From NCBI GenBank assembly GCA_951406725.2, contig OX597821.1:112654001-112718000 (forward strand): 64,000 bases of DNA, read 5' to 3'. Every line of letters starts with the position of its first letter. Within the stretch, counting starts at the first letter, position 1. This document shows, piece after piece, positions 11,964 to 24,667 of this stretch. The stretch comes from Octopus vulgaris. Lineage: Eukaryota. The translations under genes were made by a program, and so were the position numbers. The notes under the pieces are model-generated. The model was not told where the DNA came from. It did no database searches and saw only the letters and a list, made by a program, of their open reading frames with translations.

Positions 11964-12420
11964 ATATGTTTGTGTGACTGTGTTTGTCCCCCCCCCTCCA
12001 ACATCGCTTGGCAACCGATGCTAGTGTGTTTAGGTCCCCGTAACTTAGCGGTTCGGCAAAAGAGACCGATAGAATAAGTACTAGACTTACAAAGGATAAG
12101 TCCTGGGGTCGATTTGTTCGACTAAAGGCGGTGCTCCAGCACGGCCGCAATCAAATGACTGAAACAAGTAAAAGAGTAAAAGAGTTAGGAGTATAGAAAC
12201 TTCCTTCCAAATTCCTTATTTGTGTTTCACACATTAACTTGTCGTAGGTTGAACTATGTAAAAATGTTACAGAATGAAACCTAGCTGCTTCTTGCAATAA
12301 ATACATCTAAAGCAAATTTTTTTCAGGGAGCCTTAAGTACTATTTTGGGTCTCCAGTTTAGTATTTTGTAGCCTGGGCCCCCAAAATCTTATGCGGTCTT
12401 TCAGAGGCCATGAGGGTGCA
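11272..12420 (+). repeat. Three ~210-bp tandem units of a hAT-like MITE, interrupted by a SINE
   Basis: TCTAAAG anchors at 11272, 11483, 11693 and 12306. The first three are followed by a CAGGGTTTCTCAAC-like TIR start. Confidence 0.65.
11754..12185 (+). mobile_element. Near-full-length tRNA-derived SINE (family M) with an internal (TA)n(TG)n
   Basis: A/B boxes (..GTGTGGTAAG, GGGTTCAGTCCC), central CCTTGGGTAAGTGTCTT, tail GAAACAAGTAAAAGAGTAAAAGAG. Confidence 0.9.
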
Positions 12421-12836
12421 AGCACAAACGAGCCTTGCATTCGAGCATTTGGTGAAAGTCCAAATAATGTACTCGTACATCAGTACAGATTCCATTGGAC
12501 ATGGAAGAAATTTCTCTTAAGATCATCGAGTAACGACTGTCAAATGACCTGTAACTCAAATTATCTCAAGGTGGACTGTGGCAATATTTTGGTGTGTCGT
12601 TGATAACTTCAGAAAACGATGTGTGCGAATAAATTTTGCAACTGAGTTTGAATTAAGACTTCTTTGTAATACACACACGCACATACACATACATAAACAC
12701 GGACACATAAGCGCACACAAACAAACAACACACACACGCAAACAAACGCACGCACACACACATGCACACACACACATGCTCCTACACACATGCACACACG
12801 CAAACAAACACACACACGCACACACGCACGCACGCG

Positions 12837-12879
<43 letters not shown>

Positions 12880-12881
<2 letters not shown>

Positions 12882-13129
12882 TGGGTTGGTGCATAATTAT
12901 TGCCGCTTTTCTTCAACAAATTTTCTTCAACAAAAACAATTTAATTTACCAAAAACACCTTCAAATGACGGTCTGACCGTCTGCTAAGTAAATGGGAAGC
13001 AGTAATTGAAGTAGATGGTGAATATGCTCCGGAATAATAATTTAAAGATATTTTTGTTACATATTGTTATTGTTTTCGTTGAATAAAATTTATTGAAAAA
13101 AAGCCGCAATAATTATGGACCAACCCAAT
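12880..13129 (+). mobile_element. Internally deleted mariner element
   Basis: ~30-bp TIRs ATTGGGTTGGTGCATAATTATTGCCGCTTTT / AAAAGCCGCAATAATTATGGACCAACCCAAT. Encodes a mariner-type C-terminus RLLSKWEAVIEVDGEYAPE*. Confidence 0.85.
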
Positions 13130-13899
13130 TCATATATATATATATATAAATATATATGAGCTGAAACTCATTGCCGTCGTTGCTGGGTCATAGTGCTAGT
13201 GCATGTATACATGTGTACATATTACATGTACATCTATATACATACATCTACACATAAAATACAAAATACAAAGTTATATCTTGATATCGCTAGTGATAAC
13301 AATACTCAAAATATATAACAGACTGGAATTGTTAGCCCGTCTCTTGTAATTTCGATCAATTGTATCTTGTTCTCCCTCTTGTATAGAAGTGTGGCTACAA
13401 TCCAGCTTACCTCTACTTCTGGGGGGGGGGGGGGGGCATTAAAAATTTTTTTCCGGGACGTCCTACGTCCCAGATATAAAGGTAAAAATAAAATATTTCC
13501 ACTTTGCAAGTTCGAGTCGAGTACTCCCTTGCACGCTCCGTTGACTCGAAACTTGCTTCTATTGTAGCGAATTTACCGCCTCTGATTAGATATCTTTCAT
13601 AGTCCTCTATGTGTTCAAATCTTCTTTTTTCTCTACATTGTATACTTTATAGACAATAGTCTTTTCTTTAACTTAATTTTTTATTATCCATCTGGACTAT
13701 TCCATTTCTGAACGCTAATTTTATTTTTAATTTATTCTCATTCATGTGAAACCACTTATTCAAGTTCAAGTCATTGTTGCAATTTTATACCAATTTTTAC
13801 TTTTGTTATGTTACGATTATATTATACTTTAGTTTGATTTTAATTATTACTTACTACATATAATTGAATTGTTATTATTATTTTTATTGTTAAAGTGAA

Positions 13900-14154
13900 A
13901 GTATCTGACATAAAATAGAGAAGCGTTTTTGTTTCACTTTTAACACGTAATACTGAAATAGTGGAGAAGATATGATATTGCTATGGGCTCGCTCTAGGCA
14001 AGAACATTTTTTTTTGCCGATGACACTCCCCGGACCCTAAGTAAGGCATGTGTATAATTTGAATGAAATTGGTTGTGTAGTTCTCAAGTTTTAGGGAAAC
14101 ACACAGACAGACAGACAGACACACACACGTTCTCAGTTTTTTATATATAAAGAT
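13900..14154 (+). mobile_element. Helitron/Helentron-like non-autonomous 3' end
   Basis: (ACAG)n followed by TTTTATATATAAAGAT, the same terminus as 43107-43401. The 5' boundary is uncertain. Confidence 0.5.
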
Positions 14155-14349
14155 GAAAGAAGGTTTGAAAATGCAATTTTATGAGACTCGAACTCACACC
14201 TCGTGATTACGCGTCGCGGTGCCCTGAACCGGTTTAGCTTAATGCTTCAGAGTGGGTGGTTTAGCTTAATGGTTCAGAGCACAGGGACGCGTAATCACGA
14301 AGGTGTGAGTTCGAGTCTCATAAAATTGCATTTTCAAACCTTCTTTCAT
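14153..14349. repeat. Inverted duplication of a tRNA-like sequence
   Basis: Arms at 14153-14230 and 14271-14349. A box TAGCTTAATGG and B box GAGTTCGAGTC lie on the + strand at ~14258-14318. Confidence 0.8.
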
Positions 14350-14384
14350 ATATAATTCTACTCGTGCGGTACCTTACAACTTCA

Positions 14385-14480
<96 letters not shown>

Positions 14481-14801
14481 CATATATGGATACAGGACGT
14501 CACCAACTGTGTAAACAACGTGAAATACGTAGACAAACGAGTTAAATTCGTAAACAAGAGGAAAAATGGGAAACAGGACTTGTAAACACAGAGAAAGGAC
14601 CCTTCATTAGTTGTCGGTTGTCTATCTACTCCTCATTTCGAAAAACAGTTGCTCCCATAAATTCTAAAATAAAATTAAGGATTTACGTAGGCTCAAAGTT
14701 GAGAACAAAACAGGACAGTGGAGACATACGAGGAAACCGAACGGAAACATGGAGGGTAGACAGATAGACAGACGGACAGACAGACGGACATAAAGACAGA
14801 C

Positions 14802-14837
<36 letters not shown>

Positions 14838-14851
14838 GGATGGATGGATAG

Positions 14852-14885
<34 letters not shown>

Positions 14886-15103
14886 AAAGTGAGAGAGAAT
14901 CGTTTACTTCATTCGTTTATTTGTTTCACTCATTTGACTGCGGCCATGCTGGAGCACCGCCGAGAAAGATTTTTTATAAACAAACACAACGTTATATTCC
15001 ATCCTTTCGTTTAAATAAGTACCAGTTACGCACTGGGGTCGATGTAATCGACATCAACATCCGGTTGACAAGCTATGTTTGTCAAACACAGAAAATACAT
15101 ATA

Positions 15104-15138
<35 letters not shown>

Positions 15139-15531
15139 GACTGGTTTCTTTGAGTTTCCGTCTCCCAAATTCACTCACAAAGCTTTGGTCTACCCGAGGT
15201 TATTGTAGAAGACGCTTACCCAAGGTGCCACGCAGTGAGGCTGAACCCGGAGCCATGTGGTTGGGAAGCAAGCGTCTTATCACACAGCCACTCCTACGCC
15301 GAGAAAGATTTTTATAAACAAGGACAACATTATATTCAAACTTTAGCACAAAGCCAGCAATCTCGAAGCTGAGGAAGTAAGTCGATTACATCGACCCCAG
15401 TGCGTAACTGGTACTTAATTTATCGATCCCAAAAGGATGAAAGGTAAAGTTGACCTCGGCGAAATTCGAACTCAGCATGCTAACTATTCTGCCATCTCGC
15501 TGCCTTTGTTGTAACTATAATATTGATTTCT

Positions 15532-15937
15532 AAGACGGCGAGCTGGCAGAATCGTTAGCACGCCAGGCAAAATGCGTAGCGGTGTTTCGTCTGCCGTTAC
15601 GTTCTGAGTTCAAATTCCGCCGAGGTCGACTTTGCCTTTCATCCTTTCGGGGTCGATAAATTAAGTACCAGTTACGCACTGGCGTCGATATAATCGACTT
15701 AATCCGTGTATCTGTCCTTGTTTGTCCCCTCTGTGTTTAGCCCCTTGTGGGTAGTAAAGAAATAGGTACCTCGTCTGTCTTTACGTTCTGAGTACAAATT
15801 CCGCCAAGGTCGACTTTGCTTTTCATCCTTTCAGGGTCGATAAATTAAGTACCAGTTGCGTTCTGAGGTCGATCTAATCGACTGGCCCCCCCCCCCCACC
15901 CAACATTTCGGGCCTAGTGCCTAGAATAGAAAAGAAT
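15532..15937 (+). mobile_element. Family N SINE dimer
   Basis: Full unit plus a 5'-truncated unit with the alternative tail. TSD TATAATATTGATTTCT on both sides. Confidence 0.85.
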
Positions 15938-16567
15938 ATAATATTGATTTCTGTTATAGGCACAAAGCCACATATTTGAGGCCGGGTCAGGAGAAAGGCT
16001 ATAATCGAGTAAACCGACCCGAGTATTCAACTGGTACTAATTCTATCAACCCGTGAAAGATGAACAGACAAGTGACCAATTTCTATACGATAATAGTGCA
16101 ACTGTAACACGAGATCAAAAGTATATAACCAATTTAATCGATCACATAAGATTGTCTTCTATAAAACTTAACCTTTTGCCTCGTCAGTATGTTGTCTAAA
16201 TTCTGTTTTTCTTTTCACAAACAACCAAACGAACATCAATAAGGAAAAAAAAAACCCTTAAACAGGATTTTAATTTTTTTTTAAATACTGTTTTTGAGTT
16301 TCGCAATAATGAGTAACGCTATCATTTTTAATTGAATTTTTGGTATTTATTATATTTTATTTTTATTTATTTGTTTGTTTGTTTATGTATACACCTTAAA
16401 GAGAAACGGTTCTTTCGCTGCAAGTAAAATACACTTGAAAACAACTACAATAACAACAACAACAACAACAACAACGAAAATAAATATCAATAACACGAAA
16501 CAATAGCATTAAAAAATATCATTATCGTCGTCGTCGTCGTCGTCGTCATCATCATCATCATCACCAT

Positions 16568-16602
<35 letters not shown>

Positions 16603-16893
16603 CTATCGTCATCATCGTCATCGTAATTATCACCGACAGCAACAACACAACAGCAACAACAATAACAACGTCGACGATGAAACCGTTTCTTTTCTTTTCT
16701 TTCTTTTCTTATCTTTTTTCTTTCTTTTTCATAAAATACCAAGGAATATTAGAAAAAAACAAAAACAAGAATTCAAAAGAAAGGGAAGCCATGTTTAATA
16801 AGACCAAGATATGACAGAGTAACTAACTACCAAGGAAAAGTAATTGTATTAACAGCGAATTTATTAAATTAACATAGAACGTCATTTATTGAC

Positions 16894-16924
<31 letters not shown>

Positions 16925-17145
16925 TTGTTGTTGTTATTGCTGTTGTTATTTTGTCTTATTTTTGTTTTATCTTTCGAATTTTCTTCCATATTATCGAAAC
17001 GTTCGTTTCTCCTACGCCCTATATTTCAATTATGCTGTTCAATAAACAAGATTTTTTTTTTCTTCCTTTCAACTTTCTTATACCATATTCTAATTCGGTT
17101 GTTTAATGTTAGTTCATATTCGGGGCATTATTTTAAGGCGGCGTA

Positions 17146-17537
17146 AGGCGGCGAGCTGGCAGAATCTTTAGCACGCCAGGCGAAATGCGTAGCCGTATTT
17201 CGCCTGCCGTTACGTTCTGAGTTCAAATTCCACCGACTTTGCCTTTCATGCTTTCGGGGTCGATAAATTAAGTACCAGGTACGCACTGGGGTCGATATAA
17301 TTGACTTAATCCATTTGTTTGTCCTTGTTTGTCCTCTCTGTGTTTAGCCCCTTGTGGGTAGTAAAGAAATAGGTATTTCGTCTGACTTTACGTCCTGAGT
17401 TCAGATTCCGCCGAGGTCGACTTTGCCTTTCATCCTTTCGGAGTCGATCAATTGATTACCAGTTACGTACTGACGTCGATCTAATCGACTGGCCCCCTCC
17501 CCCAAAATTTCGGGCCTTGTGCCTAGAGTAGACAAGC
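17146..17537 (+). mobile_element. Family N SINE dimer
   Basis: Same architecture, with a ~60-bp flanking duplication. Confidence 0.85.
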
Positions 17538-18021
17538 ATATTCTAATTCGGTTAGTTTAACATTAGTTAATATTTGGGTCATTAGTTTAAGGCGGCGAGC
17601 TGGCGGAATCGTTAGCATGCCGAGCGAAATGCTTAACGGCATCTCGTCTGTTTTAACGTCCTGAGTTCAAATCTCGCTGAGGGCTGATTTTCATTTTGTC
17701 CTTTTGAAAGAGGATAAATTGAATAACATCACGTGCTTTCGGTTAATATCACGTAATTATAGGATTTATGATTATAAATATTAGCAAAAGTCTGAAGAAA
17801 CCAAGAAGACTATTGCCGGAATAACGGGTTCATGAAAATAATTCACTTCTTAATAATAATGTTCGTACTGTGTCTTTACATTGGGAGTTTAAATTCCGCA
17901 AAAATCGACGTTGCCTCTCATCCTTTTAGGGGCACTAAATTGACCCTAGTTGCGTACTGGCGTCAATGTAATCGACTAAACCCTCACCCCAAAATGCTGA
18001 CCTCGTGCCACAATTTGGACA

Positions 18022-18053
<32 letters not shown>

Positions 18054-19794
18054 CGCCACCACCACCGCTAGAAAAACCGATGATGGTGTGTTTAAGGCCC
18101 TGAGCATAGCGGTTCGGCGAAAGAGATCGATAGAATAAGTACAATGCCTAAGCAAAAATAAATGCCGGGTTCGCTTCACTCGACAAAAAAATTCTTCAAG
18201 GTGGTGCCCCAGCATGGCCACAGTCAAATGAAATAAAATATAAAAATGATAAATGATGTTAAAATCTATGTCATATGCATTTCTTTCGGGCAAGTATGGG
18301 AGATAACTCTGTACATGTTTCTGGGTTTCCTTTATTTTCCACATCATCAGCGAATCATTACCTTCCCTGTACTTTCTGATGTAGTAATGAGTAAATTACT
18401 TACCCCCCCCCCACCAACCCCCTTTTTTGTTGACTTGTGTCTATGGAGGGAGAAACTCTCCTGGTCTTTGCAGGCAATGGGTATTGCTCCCTCGGTGTTC
18501 TGAGACCGGTGAGATTGATGCCATTAATGTTTCTCTTCAACATCCGCCGAAAAGACATTAACAAGGTGAGAGCACTAGGAGCCCTACTTTCTTGGAAGTA
18601 AAAACTGTGCGGAGCGGTTAATGTGTGGCTAGTAGGGCCTACAGGTTTGCACAGAGGAAGGGCGATAATTGACACTCCGTCGGTTACGACGACGAGGGTT
18701 CCAGTTGATCCGATCAACGGAACAGCCTGCTCGTGAAATTAACGTGCAAGTGGCTGAGTACTCCACAGATATACCTACCCTTAATGTAATTCTCAAGGAG
18801 TTTCAGTGCGACACAGAATGTAACGAGGCTGACCCTTTGAATTGCTGGTACAATTCATTTCAGTCAAGTGAATAGACTGGAGTAACGAGAAATAAGGATA
18901 TAACGCACCGTCGAGAATCGAACTGGCGACCTAACGATCGTGAGCAAAATACCCTAACCACTGTGCCACGCGCCTTCACACAAGGGTGATAAGAGGAGGA
19001 GAAACGGGTGGGTTGGAAATGCCTGAATCGAGAAATGGCTCGCGTCCAGCCAAGTCCGAGCAGCAACGGCCAAAGTTTGTACATTTATTGGCATAAGAAA
19101 ATAGAATTGTTTAGAAATTAAACACTTCGCCGACATCACTGATATAAAAGAATAATTAAATTAATGTTAATGTATTTAATGAAGTGAATAGCATTAAAGA
19201 GCTAAGTAGAAATAATTATACAGCCAAGTACAAAAAAAAAAGCGTTTGATGAGCGTTTTAATAATTAGCAAATCGACTTTAATTTTTCTTAAACGTTGTC
19301 TCTGACTTAACTCTTTCTGATAAAGTACATTACGTATGTTTTAATTAATTTTGAAAAAAAAGCATAAGATTTATTAAAATAATTTTGTTATTATTAACCT
19401 AGTATTTAGAAGAGAAATGAAAATAGAATTCCGAATAAAGTTTTGCTTCAGATCATTTCACCCTGGTGTTACCATATTTTAGCTTGAATACGTTTCCTTT
19501 GTTGTTATTCATTTTGAAAATAATAAAGAATTCAGCAAAATAACTTCCTAATTATTGGCTTAAAATTTTGATACGAGGCCAACAGTTTCGGGGAAGGCGT
19601 GGTAATCGATCTAATCGATTCCCCCAATTAGTACTTATTTTATCGACCCCGAAAAGATGAAAAGCGATGTTGAGCTCTTCGGAATTTAAACTCAGATCGT
19701 ACGGTGGGGCGATAATACTTGTAAGTACTTCGCCCGGCGTGCTAACGATTCTACCAGCTTGCCGCCTTAAATAGCTTTATAATGATTAAAAATG

Positions 19795-20565
19795 TCCTTT
19801 CTATTATAGGCACAAGGCCTGAAATTTGGTGATGGGGCTTGTCGATTAGATCCACTCCAGTACGTAACTGGTACTTAATTTATCGACCTCGTGAGGATGA
19901 TAGGTATATTCGACCTCGGCGGAATTTGAAATCGGGACGTAACGGCAGATGAAATACCTATTTCTATTTCTTTACTACCCACAAGGGGTTAAACACAGAG
20001 AGGAGAAACAAGGACAGACAAACGGATTAAGTCGATTATATCAACCCCAGTGCGTAACTGGTACTTATTTAATCGACCCCGAAAGGATGAAGGGCAAAGT
20101 CGACCTCGGTTGAATTTGAACTCAGAACGTAGCAGTAGACGAAATACCTATTTCTTTACTACCCACAAGGAGCTAAACACAGAGAGGAGAAACAAGGACA
20201 GACAAACGGATTAAGTCGATTATATCGACCTCAATGCGTAATTGGTACTTATTTAATCGACCCCGAAAGGATGAAAGGCAGAATCGACCTCGGCGGAATT
20301 TGAACTCAGAACGTAGTGGCAGACGAAATACCTATTTCTTTATTACCCACAAGGGGCTAAACACAGAGGGGACAAACAAGGACAGACATAGGTATTAAGT
20401 CAATTACATCGACCCCAGTGCGTAACTGGTACTTAATTTATCGACCCCGAAAGGATGAAAGGCAAAGTCGACCTCGGCGGAATTTGAACTCAGAACGTAG
20501 TGGCAGACGAAATACCGCTATGCATTTCGCCCGGCGTGCTAACGATTCTGCCGGCTCGCCGCCTT
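19795..20565 (-). mobile_element. Family N SINE tetramer (184-bp period)
   Basis: GAAATACC anchors at 19951, 20141, 20325 and 20509. Confidence 0.9.
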
Positions 20566-20898
20566 TATAATTATCAAAATGGTGTTTTAAACAAATTAAT
20601 ATTTTGATGGAAGGTTTTATTTTAGATCACTCTAATCCTTTAGTTACCATATTTCAGTTTAAATACGTTACTTTTGATGTAATAAATTCTGGTAAATTGT
20701 GAAGAATTTAGTTAAATAACATTGTCAATATCAAGACGGTGTTTCAAGCATAAATTAATATGAAATTTTAATGGAATTTTTTAAATTTAGATCACTTTTG
20801 TTACTTTATATCTGTTGAAATACATTATCTTTGCTTTATAATTTATTACGCAAAATAATACAGTATTTGGTAAAGTAACTGTGTAACTGTGTAACTGT

Positions 20899-21329
20899 GT
20901 AACTTTTTCGGTTTGACCGGCAGTTTTTTAAAATAATTTCCACGTAACTAAACACTTTTAAACTTCGTATACTGGTAGAATGTGTTTATAAAACATCTTT
21001 TTCTCTTGGCTGTATTGAGAAAATTCTATAGTTTGTAGGATTTTTTTTCTTCAATTTCTGCAATTTCAACCAATCAATGACGTCAATTGATGTGAAAATA
21101 TTCTGTGCCGTATGAAGGTGTCCCTCGTTTAAGAAACAGATTGGGTTTATTTACATTTCTGAAGAAAAAAAGATACCCTTGCCCCCACCTCTAACCCTAA
21201 CCCTAACCCTAACCCTAACAAGCCCTAAAACAGATTGAAATGCAATAGATCGATACTAGGGTCATAATTATGGGTGACAATTTCATATGACACCGCTAGA
21301 AAAAACTGCCGATCAAACCGAAAAGATCC
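20899..21329. mobile_element. MITE with internal (TAACCC)n, copy 1
   Basis: Highly similar to 47213-47621. Right TIR AAAAACTGCCGATCAAACCGAAAAGATCC. Confidence 0.85.
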
Positions 21330-22125
21330 GTGACTGTCAATAATAAGGTGTGTTTGGAACATAAATTAACATGGAATTATGATAAAAAGTTTTAGCCTTA
21401 ATCTCTTTAAAGTAGAAACACTTCGTATTCCAGAACTAGAGGTTATCCCTGCCGTGTTAGTATCAAAGGGGTTAAGAAATTAATAAGAAGAAATGCACAA
21501 ACTGTAACAGCATTCTGTCAAGAAATGTTCACGTAAGTCTCAAGAATGGAATTGCCTGAAACAAACGGTCAACATGGCTTGTCAGGAATTTTGAAAAGTC
21601 GTCGGTAATGGAGGTAATATAAATAAGGCAGTCTTGAAAAACTACTTGTGAAAACACTTTAATATGGAAATCAATCAGTTTTCTCTATTCAATGATAATG
21701 CGTTGGAATATGAACAATCCAAGCTCTTTCTCGCCGAAGCCATAGCCTGTGGTGGCGTCCACAGATGGAGTTTAAAATCGAACACATTTCTGTAATCCTG
21801 CCAAATTGGTACAATATTTCTTTGTTCTTGTTGTTTCGCTTCAAATAACTCAGATTTATCATGAGTTGTTACTCTAATATGCAGACGATAACACACACGC
21901 AGGCAGGCACACATTCACACACATACTTACGCATACAAACACACGAATAACCGTACAGGCATACGAACACACGTCCGTATACTGATACATATAGACATAC
22001 AGGAATACGCATACACACTTACACACAAATACGTATGAACATAAATAATTACACATACAAGTACAAAAATACACATATGTATACGAATATGCAAATATGT
22101 ACACACATATACTCGTACTTATACA

Positions 22126-22168
<43 letters not shown>

Positions 22169-22172
22169 TTAT

Positions 22173-22203
<31 letters not shown>

Positions 22204-22691
22204 CGAATACGTATAGACATGAATACGTGTACACATATGCAAATACGTATATATACGAATACGTACACGCAATCACGGACAAGCCTGCTCAAAGACGAAT
22301 ACCTACACACAAAAAGTACACATATGCACAAAATCGAATGCACATGCATACAAGCGAATACTCAAACACACACACACATACATATACATATACACAGCTC
22401 CAGCCATACATACGTCTACAGAACGAAACACAAGCAGTCTTCCTCCTGCCACCGCTCCTCACCTCCTCCTACTTCCAGCACATCAGCTACGATATTATTG
22501 ACTTCATAATGGTCTCTGAGAAATTAGTTTCGACAGGCTCCGCTATGATGGAGATATAGCAGTTTCTCACGCGATTCTTTCATAGCTTTTGTCATACACC
22601 GGTCAATGTTTCGTTACTAACGCTACACCGTTACACTGTAGGTGCTGTATGGTCGAATGGATCGTAATTTCGAGTCGTAACCAGTCGGTTC

Positions 22692-23214
22692 TAGGTTCGA
22701 TCCTAGCGCGTCGCTTCTTCATTTAATATATATTGTATTTTATATATTGTATTTAAATTTTTTTTTTACTTGTTTCAGTCATTGGACTGCGGCCATGATG
22801 AGGCACAACATTCAGGGGATTTAGGCTCGATCCTAACGCGTCGCTCCTTTATTTGTATTTTATTTTATTTTGTTTCATTTTTCTTTTACTTGTTTCAGTC
22901 ATTGGACTGCGGCCATGCTGAGGCACTATATTCAGGGGATTTAGGTTCGATCCTAACGCGCCGCTCCTTTATTTTATTTTATTTTATTTTATATCATTTC
23001 ATTTTTGTTTTTTACTTGTTTCAGTCATTGAACTGCGGCCATGCTGAAGCACCGCCTTCAAGGGATTTAGTTGACCAAATCCACCTCAGTATTTTATCTG
23101 TATTTTTTTAAAGAGTGGTACATATTACATTGGTCTATTTTGTCGAACCGCTGAGTTACAGAGACGCAAACAAATTAACACAAGTCGAGCGGTGGAGCGG
23201 TGGCAAATACACAC

Positions 23215-23283
<69 letters not shown>

Positions 23284-23400
23284 CACTCCAGCATTGGTTG
23301 TCCCGAAACTATCATAGAAGACACTCGTCCAAGATAACACGCAGTGAGACTGAACCCGAAACCATATGGTTTCAAAGCGGGCTTCTTAACCACAGGATCA
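22692..23400. repeat. Three 120-130-bp tandem units of a SINE/SINE junction running into a family M SINE (-)
   Basis: TAGG(T/C)TCGATCCTA anchors at 22692, 22822 and 22942. Confidence 0.75.
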
Positions 23401-23569
23401 TACTTGCCAACGTTGGACGGAAACTGTAAAGAATCCCGTCCGCTAGATTGCTTGGAAATTACATTATGGGTACACATGTCTGTTTACTCAGCCACTTATA
23501 TGTCGTTTCAGAGCAGGTAATTCAATGGATCAGATAATTGAATACTCATCGTCGAAACCGACTGAAATC

Positions 23570-23964
23570 CTCTACCACCACTACCACCATCACCACCGAG
23601 AAAAACCGCCGCCATCATCACAAACACTTCAACCGCCATCTCCACAACCACCACCACCACCACCACCACCACCACCATCACCAAGAACAGCCGCCACCAT
23701 CACTACCATCGTTGCCACCAACACCACCGCCGCCACCACCACCACCAAGAACAACCGCCGCCATCATCGCCACCAACACACCCGCTGCCACCACCGCCGC
23801 CGCCACCGCCGCGGCCACGACGACGACGACGACGACGATGACAACCACCACCACAACAACCACCACCACAACAACCACCACCACCACCACTGCCGCCACA
23901 GAATACATCAATGATTTCTGTACATGATTTCACGATTAACATTTAACACAATCGTTTCCAAAAC

Positions 23965-24013
<49 letters not shown>

Positions 24014-24019
24014 TAGTAA

Positions 24020-24052
<33 letters not shown>

Positions 24053-24070
24053 CAGCAGCAGCAGCAGCAG
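23570..24070. repeat. (CAC)n, (CAG)n and (TAG)n low-complexity tract
   Basis: Direct reading. Confidence 0.9.
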
Positions 24071-24385
24071 GAAGAGCAACCACAATGGCAATAGCATGGA
24101 CAAGGCATCCACTGGAGGACAACATACGGGGTCTGTCGCTATGCTAAAAATAATAGCAAACCGTTTCTGCAAAATCACACCATTCTGTCTTGGAAATAGC
24201 AAAGGTCAAAGCGAAAGAATACCATAAACAAAACAAACTAGCAACAAAATGAAATAAAACAAAACAAAAACAAACAAAAAAAAATAAGGAAAAGCAACAA
24301 CAACAACAACAACAAAAAAAAAAGGTCAGGGTTAGAATACTTCTCGTCTTAAGTCTGATCGATCAGACGTTGTACAACAACAACA

Positions 24386-24421
<36 letters not shown>

Positions 24422-24549
24422 AATACAAATACAAAAAAAATACAATAAGAAAAACAATCGTGATATTTGTTTTATGATATTAATATCAAATCAAACATTT
24501 CTGATAAATAGCAGCAGCAGCAGCTGCTACCTTATATGTCATGTTGCGA

Positions 24550-24633
24550 CACACATACACACACACATACATACATACACACATACATACATACATACAT
24601 ACATACATACATACATACACACACATACATACA

Positions 24634-24667
<34 letters not shown>

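Larger units (their letters stand above)
19330..21475 (+). repeat. Degenerate ~165-bp tandem array from a piggyBac-like MITE, interrupted by SINEs and a MITE
   Basis: AGATCA anchors at 19450, 20624 and 20789. Units start with TAA(C/T)CCTTTAGTTACCATATTT-like sequence. The array ends AAAGGGG-TTAA at 21475. Confidence 0.55.

Noticed and set aside
14492-14760. Repeat-like unit with CTAATGA and GAAAT on the minus strand
   Set aside because: The order and pairing do not give a hammerhead fold in this copy.
17788-17848. AAGT-CTGAAGA-AACC...GGTT-CAT-GAAAATAATTC-ACTT hammerhead-like string
   Set aside because: Three extra nucleotides before GAAA and a weak AT-only stem III. It may be a decayed motif but is compatible with chance.
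19795-20565. Regular repeats as a possible CRISPR array (also 59091-59355)
   Set aside because: No unique spacers, no cas genes, and a eukaryotic context.
21191-21228. (TAACCC)n as a telomere or fusion scar
   Set aside because: It is internal to a MITE that is present twice in the window.
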